A stretch of 63,437 nt of DNA, counting the filler, from Licmophora abbreviata (taxonomy: Eukaryota), in NCBI GenBank assembly GCA_900291995.1. It is 19 parts of 19 records of this genome, joined end to end, with 100 filler letters (N's around TTAATTAATTAA, not from the genome) between each part and the next. Parts side by side here need not be neighbours in the genome. Positions count along the whole stretch, not along the records: positions 1 to 6,218 come from OLMU01006216.1; positions 6,319 to 9,303 come from OLMU01006217.1; positions 9,404 to 11,810 come from OLMU01006218.1; 16 more parts are not named here. One strand, written 5' to 3'. Made by a program: the position numbers and the translations under genes. The notes under the pieces are model-generated. The model saw only the letters and a program-made list of their open reading frames with translations, searched no databases and was not told the origin of the DNA. Positions 1 through 10,320 of this stretch are shown one piece after another. Position 1 is the first letter of the stretch, and every line of letters begins with the position of its first letter.

Positions 1-231
1 AATGGGAAGAACTGTGCCTGATACATGACTCATACACTTTCATAAAATCGCCCAAAACTTATAAACGTTTACTCCGACATCTTGTCATATACTTGTATCA
101 AACAGTGCATCAGGCATCCTGCCCTGTACCAGCCAAAGTCATTACAAACCTATTTGACTGAAAACAAAAAAGTCGGAAAACTTAGAGAGATGAGTTTCTC
201 GTGTGCGTCGTCACTAGTTTGTACAGCGATC

Positions 232-3165
232 TCAAAGGCCGCTGGTCTTGTAGAAATCACGGTAATCCAGCTGAAAGGCGAGGAAACGTAGTGAATCGTT
301 ATCCAACTGCCTGAGGGAGAGCGAACCATGGCGGGGTGTCATCATAGGTGTGGATGGGGACATCATGGATTCTATGTCCGCGCTCGTCGTCGATCTGGGA
401 CAATTTACCATCTGGTCGAGTCGATCTAGCAGCTCGACCATCTTCTCCCTGAATTCATTCGCAATCTGGTGCACCTTGTCCAACTTGACTGCATCTGTCA
501 AGCCAAAAAATGATTCTTCTTCTTGCAGTTCGCGTTCACTATTAAACCCCCATTGCCCCAGCTCCGCTCGCTTTTCGGCTTCTTTGCGCCTCTGACCTGA
601 CCGTTCTGCCGCGTCAAGAGCTTGTTGAAAATACGAGTCCTGCAACTTGCAAAACTCCCCTGCAAGCGTCAAGAGACGCTCCAGCCTAGCAGGCAGAGGA
701 TCGTCAGCTTCGTCTACAGCAGATGGATCCCCCAGTAGACTCTTGCGAAAGATGTTCTCCAGGTATGAGTCGTGCGCCACTATGACTTGGTCAATTGTCC
801 GCGCCCCCTCAATCTGGGCGACGAGCTCCTTCCAGCCCGCCTCCAGCACTTCGAACATGAAATAGCTCTTGAGATTGCCCGTAAAGTGCATCATCGACTG
901 ACGCGTGATTGAAATTTCCCTTAGCAATACCAATGCAAGCGAGTAGCCCGAGTTAGAGAGTACATTGATGGCATTGTGTTGAGCGAATGTCTGGAGCGCG
1001 TGTTGAAGAGCCGTTGATTGTCGCCACGTCAAATTCAGCGTGAACTCAACCTGTTTAAGACGAAAGAGCAGTAAAAACACAGCTTTGTATCGCTTCATGG
1101 AAGAGGGGTGCACAATAAACCTTAGAGTGGCTGGAACGTCATACGAAAGCATGAAGATGTCCCATCCCGATCGATCTCCCCGGTGTGCTTTGGTGTCCCG
1201 CGGTTGGGCAAACTGGTAACGTGCATCTTCGTTCTCCTCCCACGTCAAGTCCACCGACAGGCGACCGAGTACGTACGAGGGGAGCCCTCTGGCATTTGTG
1301 CTGACTAGTGCGCTCTCGACATGAGACATTAGCGAGTGCTTGTATATACCGGCGAGACCCCGACGACCTTCGAACTCTGTATGGAGACCATCCATCAGCG
1401 CGGAAAAAAAGTCACCCTGCCCAAGCAACAAAAACTGCTTGAGAGCCCACAGGTGCTCCATTAAGTGATGATCCTCACGCAACGACTTGAGAATATGAGA
1501 GTGCACCTGGTCTGCTACTCGGGCCAGAGTGTTGTGCAGACGAGAGCCGTTCGGCGCGCCGTGACATGGCGGCTGATAACTATACCCCATGGACACGCGA
1601 CAGTCGTCGTCATTCTCTACGCTGACATTGGAAAGGTTTCCTTCACCCTCGCTCTTGCTCAAAAGATCCAATCCCCAGTCCGTTTCCTGCAAAGTCGTAC
1701 GAATGAAATTGATACTCCGTCCGAGGCTCAAGCAGTTCTCGGCGAGATTTTCGTCGAGAATACCCAGGGGGAGCTTCTCACGCCGGAAAAAGTAGCGGTC
1801 GTGCCAGTGTATGGCATTTTCGCCTATTGCTGACAGCTCCACGAAGAATTCCTTGTGCGGGTCGACCAGCTCACCCCGCGTAGTAAACAAGAACAAGATG
1901 TGAAACCAGGGCCTCGACGCCGCCGACAGAAGATCCTCCACCAGACTACGGTGTCTTGAGTCACCGTGAGCACTGTGTTTATACAAGGCGCTCAGTAGAT
2001 GGCCACCCGACAGATCTTTGATCCCGTCCGTCAACATGGCCAACGTCTTTAAGCGACGGGTAGGTTGTTGCATGTTTATGAGCAGTTGTCGGAGTGATTC
2101 GCAAGATGCAATTTTCGGGCTGGCCAGATGTTCGTGGAAATGTTGAATTTCTCGGGTAAGAGCTCCCGCAAGTGCCTGTGCGACTGAGCCCTTGTGCTGT
2201 ACAGAAGAGTCGGCGACAATTTGGATATAGTGGTGCACACTGCGGTACAACAATCCTGCTTGACAGCATTGCTGCAGTGCATCGTAAGCCCCGGCTCCTA
2301 GTTGAGACTTGAGGACAGGATGACAGGACTCAAGCAAGAGACGACGACTGCTGGGGTGGATATGCACGTCATCTTGAGAAAGGCGGATTCGCTCTCCGTC
2401 CAAGCCTTGCAGTGCAAACCGGCAGTCGCGGAGGAGTCTTAGCTCCTCCGATCGCAGCTTCAGTGCTATCTGAGAAAGGTCCAAATTAGAGATATCCATC
2501 GGTTCAGGGATGTGCTGAGCATCTGATCTGCTGGAGCGAGACATGGAGCTTGTTTGGCGTGCTCCTGTTGGCTGTGTATCGGACACGGCGGGTTCGTCGC
2601 TGGCCATCTGGGAAAGCACGTTCGCCAAACCGTCGGCTAGCCGCATATCCTCACCTGCCAATTCCTGATGGAGGCGACGAAGCTCAGAAAAGCCCTCATC
2701 AGAGAGAAAGCGCTCTGCTCTTCGCCACGTGGACTCGGCGGACCTAGAGTCTGGACGATTTCCCAGCGAGCTGGACAAGATGCTCCGGGCCAAAGGCAAT
2801 GACGCTGCTGCATTCTCTTGCCCGACCATGGAAACTGCGAGTCTCTGCAAGGCCTCGTCTGCCGCGGCGACCGGTACGCTTCTCCCTCTCGAGGCCATCC
2901 TCCTCTGAATTGTAGGTAGGTCTACCAGTAAGTAACCCCGGTCACTTTCAAGGTGTGTCTGCGGGCTACCAAAAGGACTGTCTGTCGAAAGAGCATCGTC
3001 CACAACGGTACCAGGTATCATACGGTCTGGTCGACGCATCGTCACCATGTCATCATCACAGCCGACAGACAGGGCGCGCGACGCTAATCCTGGTGGCGTC
3101 CTTCCGTCGTCGTCGTGTAGATCTACACGCGCGTACACCGAACAAGCGCGCGTTACTCGATCCAT
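232..3165 (-). CDS. TUBGCP3: Gamma-tubulin complex component 3 (GCP3/Spc98 family)
   Basis: Long intronless ORF with GCP motifs 'ALKQFLLLGQGDFF', 'GWDIFMLSYDV...RYKAVFLLLFRLKQVEFTL..TW' and 'YFMFEVLEAGW...VIVAHDSYL', and a C-terminal 'LRFLAFQLDY'. First in-frame ATG is at 3165; the true start may be downstream. Confidence 0.88.
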   Translation of the reverse strand: MDRVTRACSVYARVDLHDDDGRTPPGLASRALSVGCDDDMVTMRRPDRMIPGTVVDDALSTDSPFGSPQTHLESDRGYLLVDLPTIQRRMASRGRSVPVAAADEALQRLAVSMVGQENAAASLPLARSILSSSLGNRPDSRSAESTWRRAERFLSDEGFSELRRLHQELAGEDMRLADGLANVLSQMASDEPAVSDTQPTGARQTSSMSRSSRSDAQHIPEPMDISNLDLSQIALKLRSEELRLLRDCRFALQGLDGERIRLSQDDVHIHPSSRRLLLESCHPVLKSQLGAGAYDALQQCCQAGLLYRSVHHYIQIVADSSVQHKGSVAQALAGALTREIQHFHEHLASPKIASCESLRQLLINMQQPTRRLKTLAMLTDGIKDLSGGHLLSALYKHSAHGDSRHRSLVEDLLSAASRPWFHILFLFTTRGELVDPHKEFFVELSAIGENAIHWHDRYFFRREKLPLGILDENLAENCLSLGRSINFIRTTLQETDWGLDLLSKSEGEGNLSNVSVENDDDCRVSMGYSYQPPCHGAPNGSRLHNTLARVADQVHSHILKSLREDHHLMEHLWALKQFLLLGQGDFFSALMDGLHTEFEGRRGLAGIYKHSLMSHVESALVSTNARGLPSYVLGRLSVDLTWEENEDARYQFAQPRDTKAHRGDRSGWDIFMLSYDVPATLRFIVHPSSMKRYKAVFLLLFRLKQVEFTLNLTWRQSTALQHALQTFAQHNAINVLSNSGYSLALVLLREISITRQSMMHFTGNLKSYFMFEVLEAGWKELVAQIEGARTIDQVIVAHDSYLENIFRKSLLGDPSAVDEADDPLPARLERLLTLAGEFCKLQDSYFQQALDAAERSGQRRKEAEKRAELGQWGFNSERELQEEESFFGLTDAVKLDKVHQIANEFREKMVELLDRLDQMVNCPRSTTSADIESMMSPSTPMMTPRHGSLSLRQLDNDSLRFLAFQLDYRDFYKTSGL

Positions 3166-3324
3166 CACAGCCAACCAACCACAACGAACAAACCACAGCA
3201 TCTCACAAAGAAGTTGAAAAACCGGAAAGAAGCGATTGATCCAACGTCGTCACTCAGTGATCCATTCGGCGGCCTGTTGGAGAGTTTTGCATCGTTCTAT
3301 ACCAGGACGAAGCTGCTTTGAACC

Positions 3325-5133
3325 ATGGGAGTTTCCACCAAGCCCGGAAAGACAGCCAAGAAGGCGCTCAAGATTGCGAAGAAGACGCTCCAAAAACAGG
3401 ATTCGGGTACCCTAAAAGCCAAGAAACTGGCCAAAGCCGTTGCAGAGCAGCTGCAGTGCGATCAGACTTCTGACACTGACATCACTCAGTGGATATCCAA
3501 CAGCAGCAAGTTTACGGTAGAAGGCAAGCACGTCTCTTTGAAAAAGAAAGGGCAGAAAAGGCAACCGAGTCTCGCCAACGAACAAGAAACGTCCACCAAG
3601 AAGCAAAGGAAGACCGAGTATGGTGGCTCGGCAGGAGAATGGAGGCGTCAATTCAAGGTCCTGTTGAAGAGTGATGCTACAGAATCTGAAAAACTAGAGG
3701 ACAACCAAGAATACCTTCCCTGCACATCATTTCAGTCCCCAAAGTTGGTGAAGCATGCAGCTCCTGAACTCTTGAAACACTGTACCGATGTGAACGGATT
3801 TTCTGTGCCTACTCCGATCCAATCAAGCGTGTGGCCTTTCTTGCTCGGCGCTTCTCACGGCAAGAACCGCGACGTCATTGGTCTCGCCCAGACAGGATCG
3901 GGGAAAACCCTCGCTTTTGGAATACCTGCACTCTCTTCAATGGCGAGGGACAAACGGCACACCAAGCTACCCCGCACCGCCGTCATGGCTCCAACCCGTG
4001 AGTTAGCCATGCAGTCACACGAGGTCATGGAAGAGTTCGGAAAAGTTGTTGGTCTGAAGTCTGTTGTCATCTACGGCGGTGTACCGAAACACACTCAGAA
4101 GGCGGAGCTACGCAATGGAGTCGATGTTGTTGTGGCCACACCGGGTCGACTGCAGGATCTTATTCAGGAAGGAAGCTGCGATTTGAGTCAGGTTCAACAC
4201 TTGGTATTGGATGAGGCGGATCGCATGCTTGATATGGGCTTTGAAGAAGCAATGCGATTCATCATTTCACAGTGTAAGCCAAAGGAAGCCGGGAGGCACA
4301 CCATGATGTTTTCTGCTACCTGGCCCGCGGTGATTCAGAAGATCGCTCTTCAGTATATGAACGATCCAGTTCGTGTCTATGTGGGATTTGAGTCGGTTCC
4401 AGGTGGCGACGGAGAAGACAACATTGACGATTCGCTCGCGGCGAACAAGTCTGTCTCACAGACGGTTGAAGTCATCGATGATCGCGCACGAGAAGCGAGG
4501 CTGCGGGAGTTGCTCCAAAAGTACCACAAGTCACGGGACAATCGCGTGCTTGTCTTTGTTCTGTATAAGAAGGAAGCTGAACGTTTGGAGTATTCTTTGC
4601 GTCGTGATGGATGGAACTGTTGCTCGATTCATGGGAATAAAAACCAGGCGGCTCGTACCGCTGCTTTGTCAGAATTCAAGTCTGGCAGCTGTCCGTTGCT
4701 GATCGCGACCGATGTGAGTTGATCGAGCTAGCTATGTCTTTGTTGATCTTTCATGTCTCGTCTTATCAAGGTTGTGTATTCTATATTCTGCGATGCATCT
4801 CAGGTTGCCGCAAGGGGACTGGACATCCCCAACGTTGAGGTTGTTCTGAACTATTCCTTCCCGTTGACGATCGAGGACTATGTTCATCGAATCGGAAGAA
4901 CCGGAAGAGCAGGGAAGAGCGGCAAGAGCCACACTTTTTTTCAACCTGGCGACAAACTTCGGGCAGGAGAGCTCCAAAAGGTAATGCGAGAGGCAGATCA
5001 GGTGGTTCCGGATGAGCTTATGAAGTTCGGAAGTACCATCAAAAAGAAAGAGCACACGTTATACGGAAATTTTGGGCCTAAGGGCGGAGGGGCTCCCATG
5101 AAGCAGGCTGTCAAGATTCGGTTTGATTGCTAG
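3325..5133 (+). CDS. DBP3: DEAD-box RNA helicase, DBP3/RH5-like; exons 3325-4713 and 4804-5133
   Basis: Motifs [36 protein letters not shown] and [15 protein letters not shown]...CAG intron (4714-4803) restores ATD|VAARGLD. The Lys-rich N-terminus and '[14 protein letters not shown]' C-terminus are typical of Dbp3. Confidence 0.88.
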
Positions 5134-5400
5134 CTCGAGTGCTCCAGCTAGTTACTCTCCTCGGCTCCTACTACTCGCCACCAGCAGCTAGTACCGTACT
5201 AGTAGCTACTAAACGATCATCTATTCTCTAGTTGTAGAGCGAGCGAGAGACCTCTTCTCTGCTAGCGTACTAGACCTAGCTACGCAGTTAATCCTCCTCG
5301 TCCTCATGAAAAAGGTGGATGATCAACAAGTTCTCAGTCAAGAACATGCTGGCTAATACATTAGCCAAAGCAAATAAAAGTAAAGAAGCAAGCAACATGC

Positions 5401-5512
5401 AAAAAAAAGGTTTGCTTCTCTTCGATTATGCGTGTCATTCTTGCTCAGAGACCATGCTAATCTTCTCTGTATAGTTAAGCGTTTGTTTGATGTCCGACCA
5501 CGAGGGCCGGAC
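5401..5512 (-). ncRNA. U6: U6 spliceosomal snRNA
   Basis: Minus strand reads GTCCGGCC-CTCGT-GGTCGGAC (5' stem-loop) ... TACAGAGAAGATTAGCATGGTCTCTGAGCAAGAATGACACGCATAATCG ... TTTTTTTT. This gives the ACAGAGA box, AGC triad, ISL and a Pol III oligo-T terminator. Confidence 0.95.
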
Positions 5513-5532
5513 GATGATGTGGCTCTCCGCAA

Positions 5533-5542
5533 ATATATAAAA
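5533..5542 (-). promoter_or_regulatory. TATA box of the U6 (Pol III type 3) promoter
   Basis: TTTTATATAT on the minus strand, about 21-30 nt upstream of the U6 +1 G at 5512. Confidence 0.75.
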
Positions 5543-6218
5543 CCTCACACCAAAATTCTGCAGATTTTCGCGAATTTTCCATCAATTTTCTCCATATTTC
5601 TCGTACAGGCCGTAAAAAAAGTTCCTTTCATCCTTTTCAGTAACAAACTTACCCCGATAAGAATAGATTGCAATGAGTGAATGACCAAGTTGCGCAGTCG
5701 CATTCGTATGTCGATCTACCAACAGGTCAAAAGAACGTCTAGTAAATGTCGCTAGGAATTGGATCATGTGCCTCTGTGACATAACTTGCTACTGTAGCTA
5801 GTGCAGTCCTTTTCTGGTTTCATTCTTGGTTTATCTAGTTGAGTTGTACAATTTATCTTAGAACCATGCGTTCGACGGTACTTGCTTTCATCTCACAAAA
5901 TACGATTGATGCGAAAACAACACAAGGACGAACGGAGCGAGTGCCGCGGGCTTCTTCGAAAGGCAGTGACGGCGCAATCATGAGGCAGCAAGAACACCCC
6001 AAGAGAGAACGCAACTAACGTGAGGAGAAGATCGAGCGACTAGCAACAACCAAAGCGCAGAGAACAGGAGTCAAACCTAGCGAGCGCCGGGGGCAAAGAA
6101 GTGAAAGGCGTCAAGAGAGGAACAAAGGAGACCGCGGCACTCACATCGCTTGAGGAATGGGATACGGCGAAACCCAATCTGCTTGAAGTGGATGACGAAG
6201 ACAGTTTCGATGACGAGG

Positions 6219-6318
6219 NNNNNNNNNNNNNNNNNNNNNNNNNNNNNNNNNNNNNNNNNNNNTTAATTAATTAANNNNNNNNNNNNNNNNNNNNNNNNNN
6301 NNNNNNNNNNNNNNNNNN
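6219..6318. other. Artificial 100-nt scaffold linker (first of 18; others start at 9304, 11811, 13559, 21320, 26393, 28572, 31245, 41589, 46718, 48243, 50250, 51519, 53335, 54700, 58639, 60087, 61461)
   Basis: Identical 44N-TTAATTAATTAA-44N blocks with stops in all six frames. Confidence 0.98.
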
Positions 6319-6706
6319 TGTCTGGAACTCATCATCAGTGGCCCAGAACCTTTTCCTCATATCAGAGTGACGTCACAAGTGAATGAGATGCTCGGGACTC
6401 GTTCCAAACTTGCGTATGATTGAATTTCTGAAATTGTAACATCGCGCACCTCACTTTTTGATTCAACGGACGATCTTATCTCAAACTTTCGAGAGCTGCG
6501 CCGTACGGCCGTTGGCACGATCGTAGTATGGGTGCCCTTGAGAGAGGCGTGCTCGCCCTCTCACAACAAACCTGACTGCCTCATAAATTTGGGCCGTTGA
6601 ATTATGGACTTTGGCATCCAACCGAAGGCAGAAAATTTGGTCGGGTCCTAAACCACACAACACACAACGCATTGCCAGTCATAAAACTGAATTGGAATCG
6701 GAAAGA

Positions 6707-8527
6707 ATGCCCATGGACATGATGCAGTATCCCTCTACCCCTCGCTCGTATGGAAGAAGGCGGTCGAACCCTCTCGAGGATACGAGGGACACCAAGCGTT
6801 TCCGCAGCCACGAAGGTGTGCCCGGAGAAGTTCACTCATCAATCGTGAACGAGACGGGACCCGTCAATGCGTTGACGACTCCTCAAAGGAAACACCAGGC
6901 TCCAACGGATTTCCACGACCGCTTTTCCTCCAAAAGAGTCAAGATCGGTCACCACACGGACTACTCGCCCCGGGAAACTACTGGCAATGTCGGAGCTCAG
7001 GAGCTGGCCTCGGCTCTTGCCCTGGCATCGCTTGCATCTCCGCATGTGTCTCCGATGTCCTCCCGAGATGCTCCAGATGCTTATCCGGAACAAAGGAGTC
7101 GCTTGGCTGACACGTATCGCGAGGATGTCCGCACTCCTCGTGTCGGTGCAACGCCCGTCACTCCCGAGGGCCAGTATCACATGGCGGAGGCCATGGCGTC
7201 AATGGCATCCTATCGAAGGCGCATGGTTCGTCCCGGCCGCGCTCAAGTGCCTGTGCTTAGTCCCTTCCACCCAGCTCTTCAGATGCAAACGCAGGAACCT
7301 CTTATCTGGGCACCGATGCAAGCTGCCATGGCGGGTCCTCCAATGCTCCCGCCGATGCTTCCACCACCTTCGCAGGCATTGTCCAATCCTCGCGGCTGGT
7401 TTTGCGACTTCTGCAACACTAGGTCTTTCAGTACCTACGAGGAGGCTGCGGCACACGAGGCAACCTGTTCTGCGCGAGGGGCCAGTCGTGATGACGATCA
7501 ATACTCCGTCGTTGTAGCATCCAAGGACAGTCCGCGTGAGGAAGTCGCCTTCGCCGATGACGAGACAGTCCTCGCGACCAATGTGAGACAGCAACAGTGG
7601 GGAAAAGGATGTATTCCTTTGAGGGCTGGTCCATCTGACGACGACTGGTTGTCTGAGGTGAACTCCTACCTCCGCAAGCACTGCGTCGAGGTATTCTCCG
7701 CAACCAACGCTGATATCTGCCATACCTCGAAGCGTGGACGTACCGCCCAGGATCAGGTCGGTCTCCGTTGCGTTTTCTGCAAGGGCACGCATCCAAGCAA
7801 TCCTCCTGCCGCGGTCTCGTATCCCACTACCATGGCCGGCATCTACGAATCTGTCAAGCGCTGGCAGCGCATTCACCTGCCTTCATGTCCGCATGTTCCC
7901 GAGGAGGTGCACCACATGATCGATCACCTCCAAAGCAAGAGCACCTGGGTCCCAACGACTCGCCAGTACTGGATCGATTCTGCCCGTAGCCTTGGCATCG
8001 TGGATACTCCACAGGGAATTCGCTTCCAACGAACTCCTGGCATGACACCTGGTTGGAAGCCTGATCTACAAACGTTCATTAGCCAGGAGATCGAGAACAC
8101 CAGGCCCGTTGACGACTCTAGGCCTTCGAAGTCGGAGAGTGGCGGACACATCACCTTTCCTGATGACCAGGATGGGGTTCCTCCCTATGTGTACTTTCTC
8201 ATGCGACAGGTCGAATCTTGCAACTTCACAGACGCGGATCGGTTCGTCGCCCGTTCCAAGTGTCAGGTTGGGTATCCAGGCTTTCAATGCCGCCACTGCC
8301 AGGGACATGCTGGACTCGGCAAGTACTTTCCGCTCAACCCGCGGAGCCTCTCAACAAATAGCACAAGTCAAAACATCCATGCGCACATGCTCAAGTGCCG
8401 CAAGTGCCCCCAGGCTGTCAAACAGCGCCTGTTAGATCTCAAGGAAGCCAAGACCTACGCGCCTCGCCTAATGGCTGGTTGGCGACGGGCCTACTTTGAT
8501 CGTCTCTGGGAGCGTATTCACGGATGA
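6707..8527 (+). CDS. Diatom-type Cys/His-rich putative zinc-binding protein (one C2HC finger plus two repeated CxxC...H..C domains)
   Basis: 'WFCDFC...FSTYEEAAAHEATC' finger, then the domains 'QVGLRCVFC...YP...WQRIHLPSCPHVP' and 'YPGFQCRHC...KYFP...HAHMLKCRKCP'. First ATG is at 6707; no intron is needed. Confidence 0.75.
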   Translation: MPMDMMQYPSTPRSYGRRRSNPLEDTRDTKRFRSHEGVPGEVHSSIVNETGPVNALTTPQRKHQAPTDFHDRFSSKRVKIGHHTDYSPRETTGNVGAQELASALALASLASPHVSPMSSRDAPDAYPEQRSRLADTYREDVRTPRVGATPVTPEGQYHMAEAMASMASYRRRMVRPGRAQVPVLSPFHPALQMQTQEPLIWAPMQAAMAGPPMLPPMLPPPSQALSNPRGWFCDFCNTRSFSTYEEAAAHEATCSARGASRDDDQYSVVVASKDSPREEVAFADDETVLATNVRQQQWGKGCIPLRAGPSDDDWLSEVNSYLRKHCVEVFSATNADICHTSKRGRTAQDQVGLRCVFCKGTHPSNPPAAVSYPTTMAGIYESVKRWQRIHLPSCPHVPEEVHHMIDHLQSKSTWVPTTRQYWIDSARSLGIVDTPQGIRFQRTPGMTPGWKPDLQTFISQEIENTRPVDDSRPSKSESGGHITFPDDQDGVPPYVYFLMRQVESCNFTDADRFVARSKCQVGYPGFQCRHCQGHAGLGKYFPLNPRSLSTNSTSQNIHAHMLKCRKCPQAVKQRLLDLKEAKTYAPRLMAGWRRAYFDRLWERIHG

Positions 8528-8977
8528 AGGGGGAGCAATCATGTTGGGTTTTATATAATATGATAGTCTACTCGTTATGTGAAACTTAGTAGTTAACACA
8601 GCTGTAGCACAAAGATAGCTTGCTGTCAGTCTCCAGAGTACTCGTATCATACCATGTACCGGTACCAGGTATGATACCTGGTTATAGAGCTCTTCTGACC
8701 CTCGACTGGACTGAAATAACTCGGAGAATGCGCCAATTCGCGAAGACTTCCTAGCCTTGGGGACTTACAAAATATTGAATGAAGACAATGAAAACTAAAT
8801 TGAACGACTGGGGAGTGGCGGTACCATTATTTTCATGCTGACGACACTGTAGACAAGTTCGAAAGTAGGAGCCTAGTCATCGGCGCATGCCGACAAAGCC
8901 GACACCACATCTGGAGTCTACCTGTATTTTGATCGTGCCACTTGGTCCAGCGGATTCATGCAGCATAGCTTGGGAGC

Positions 8978-10276
8978 ATGTCTAGATTTGCTTTGGTGGC
9001 AGCTTCAGCTGCCATGATGATTGCTGCCAGCGAAAGTTTCGTCATGTCGCCTGCGATACCGGCAATGTGGTCTTGGTCGCCGGTACGGGCATGTCGCGAT
9101 TCACGGTCGGCGCTGTATTTGAGTAATCAGGACGACAAAAGACACTCGTCCCTAACCCAGAGCCGCCGCGAGTGGCTTGCAGAAACTGCTCGAAAGACCG
9201 GAGTCTCGACACTGCTATCGACCTACGCCACGGTTTTGGCCGTGCGCGTACCCGCCGCCCAGGCTTCCGTCAATGTTGACCCCGATAGATATGGAGACAA
9301 GGANNNNNNNNNNNNNNNNNNNNNNNNNNNNNNNNNNNNNNNNNNNNTTAATTAATTAANNNNNNNNNNNNNNNNNNNNNNNNNNNNNNNNNNNNNNNNN
9401 NNNGTCAATGTTGACCCCGATAGATATGGAGACAAGGAGCTCAAGATTGCCATTGTAAACCGAGTGCGACAGAATATACGAGATGTAATTGTTCAACAAC
9501 CGGCACTGGGGCCTGCCTTCCTCGAGATCGCCATTCAGGATGCCCTCACGTTCGATGCTCTTACTGAATCAGGAGGTCCCGATGGGAGCATAGTGAACTA
9601 CATTCTTGCTTGCAAGAGCGGCGATCCCTTGTATGAGCTAAGACCCGCAGCACAAGTCCTTCTGGACGTTCGATCTGGAATTCGACGGTCGACAGAAATT
9701 ACCATGGGCGACCTGATTGCGTTAGCTGGTGCTGAGGCTGTCGAAACGATCGGGGGGCCTCGAATTGTCGTGCAGCTTGGAAAGTTGGATCCGTCGACTC
9801 AAACGCCCCCTTCCCAAGTTCCAGTTGATTCTTCTCAGATACTGCAAGCTTTCCGACGGGCTGGCTTGACCGAACGAGAAGCAGCCTTGCTTTATGGAGC
9901 AAAGGGTGCCATGGAACGAACCATTGCATCGTCGGCTCTTATCACTGAGGACGACGCTGAACCAGTGGAAGAGAATGAAATGGGAGACATCGAAGTGTTC
10001 ATTCCGTCGTCGTTTGGCTCCCAGAAGGAGATGTACGGCAAGCAACTAGGCAAGCTCGACAACTCTTTCTTTGTGTCGATCGTCGATCAGCTCAAGAAGC
10101 GGACTGCCCCCACGTTGTGGAAGGACGAAACCATGGCTGGCTGGGCAACGAAGTACGCCAAGAGTGGGTTTGTCAAGGATCTACCGGAAGCCTATGGTCG
10201 ACTGACGCGAGTTGGGACTGTCTACACTGGTGGCAAAGTCGGTAGCCTGACGGGTATCGGAGAAAATATATTGTAG
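8978..10276 (+). CDS. Thylakoid-lumen ascorbate-peroxidase-like protein (TL29/APX4-like); spans the linker at 9304-9403
   Basis: Signal peptide ending ASES|F, twin-Arg 'SRREWL' and an A-x-A cleavage site (PAAQA). APX-fold motifs 'AIQDALTFD..T.SGGPDGSI' and 'DLIALAGAEAVE.IGGP.I.VQLGK.D'. Bases 9269-9303 are duplicated at 9404-9438, so the two halves join in frame. Confidence 0.78.
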
Positions 10277-10320
10277 CGTCAAATGAAAATAGGACGAAGG
10301 CGCTATCTACGTTGCGCCGT

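Noticed and set aside
5131..5400. CTAG/GCTAGC-rich tract after DBP3
   Set aside because: Low-complexity 3' region with no consistent repeat unit or stable structure.
5432..5680. 82-aa plus-strand ORF
   Set aside because: It is antisense to the U6 snRNA gene and its promoter.
5840..6218. Possible coding fragment (minus strand LVIETVFVIHFKQIGFRRIPFLKR followed by GTGAGT, or an acidic plus-strand frame)
   Set aside because: Short and cut by a gap; strand and family cannot be determined.
9269..9438. Apparent 35-bp direct repeat (and a 53-bp one at 13506-13711), suggesting duplication or a TSD
   Set aside because: These are overlapping contig ends on either side of a linker; merging them restores single genes.
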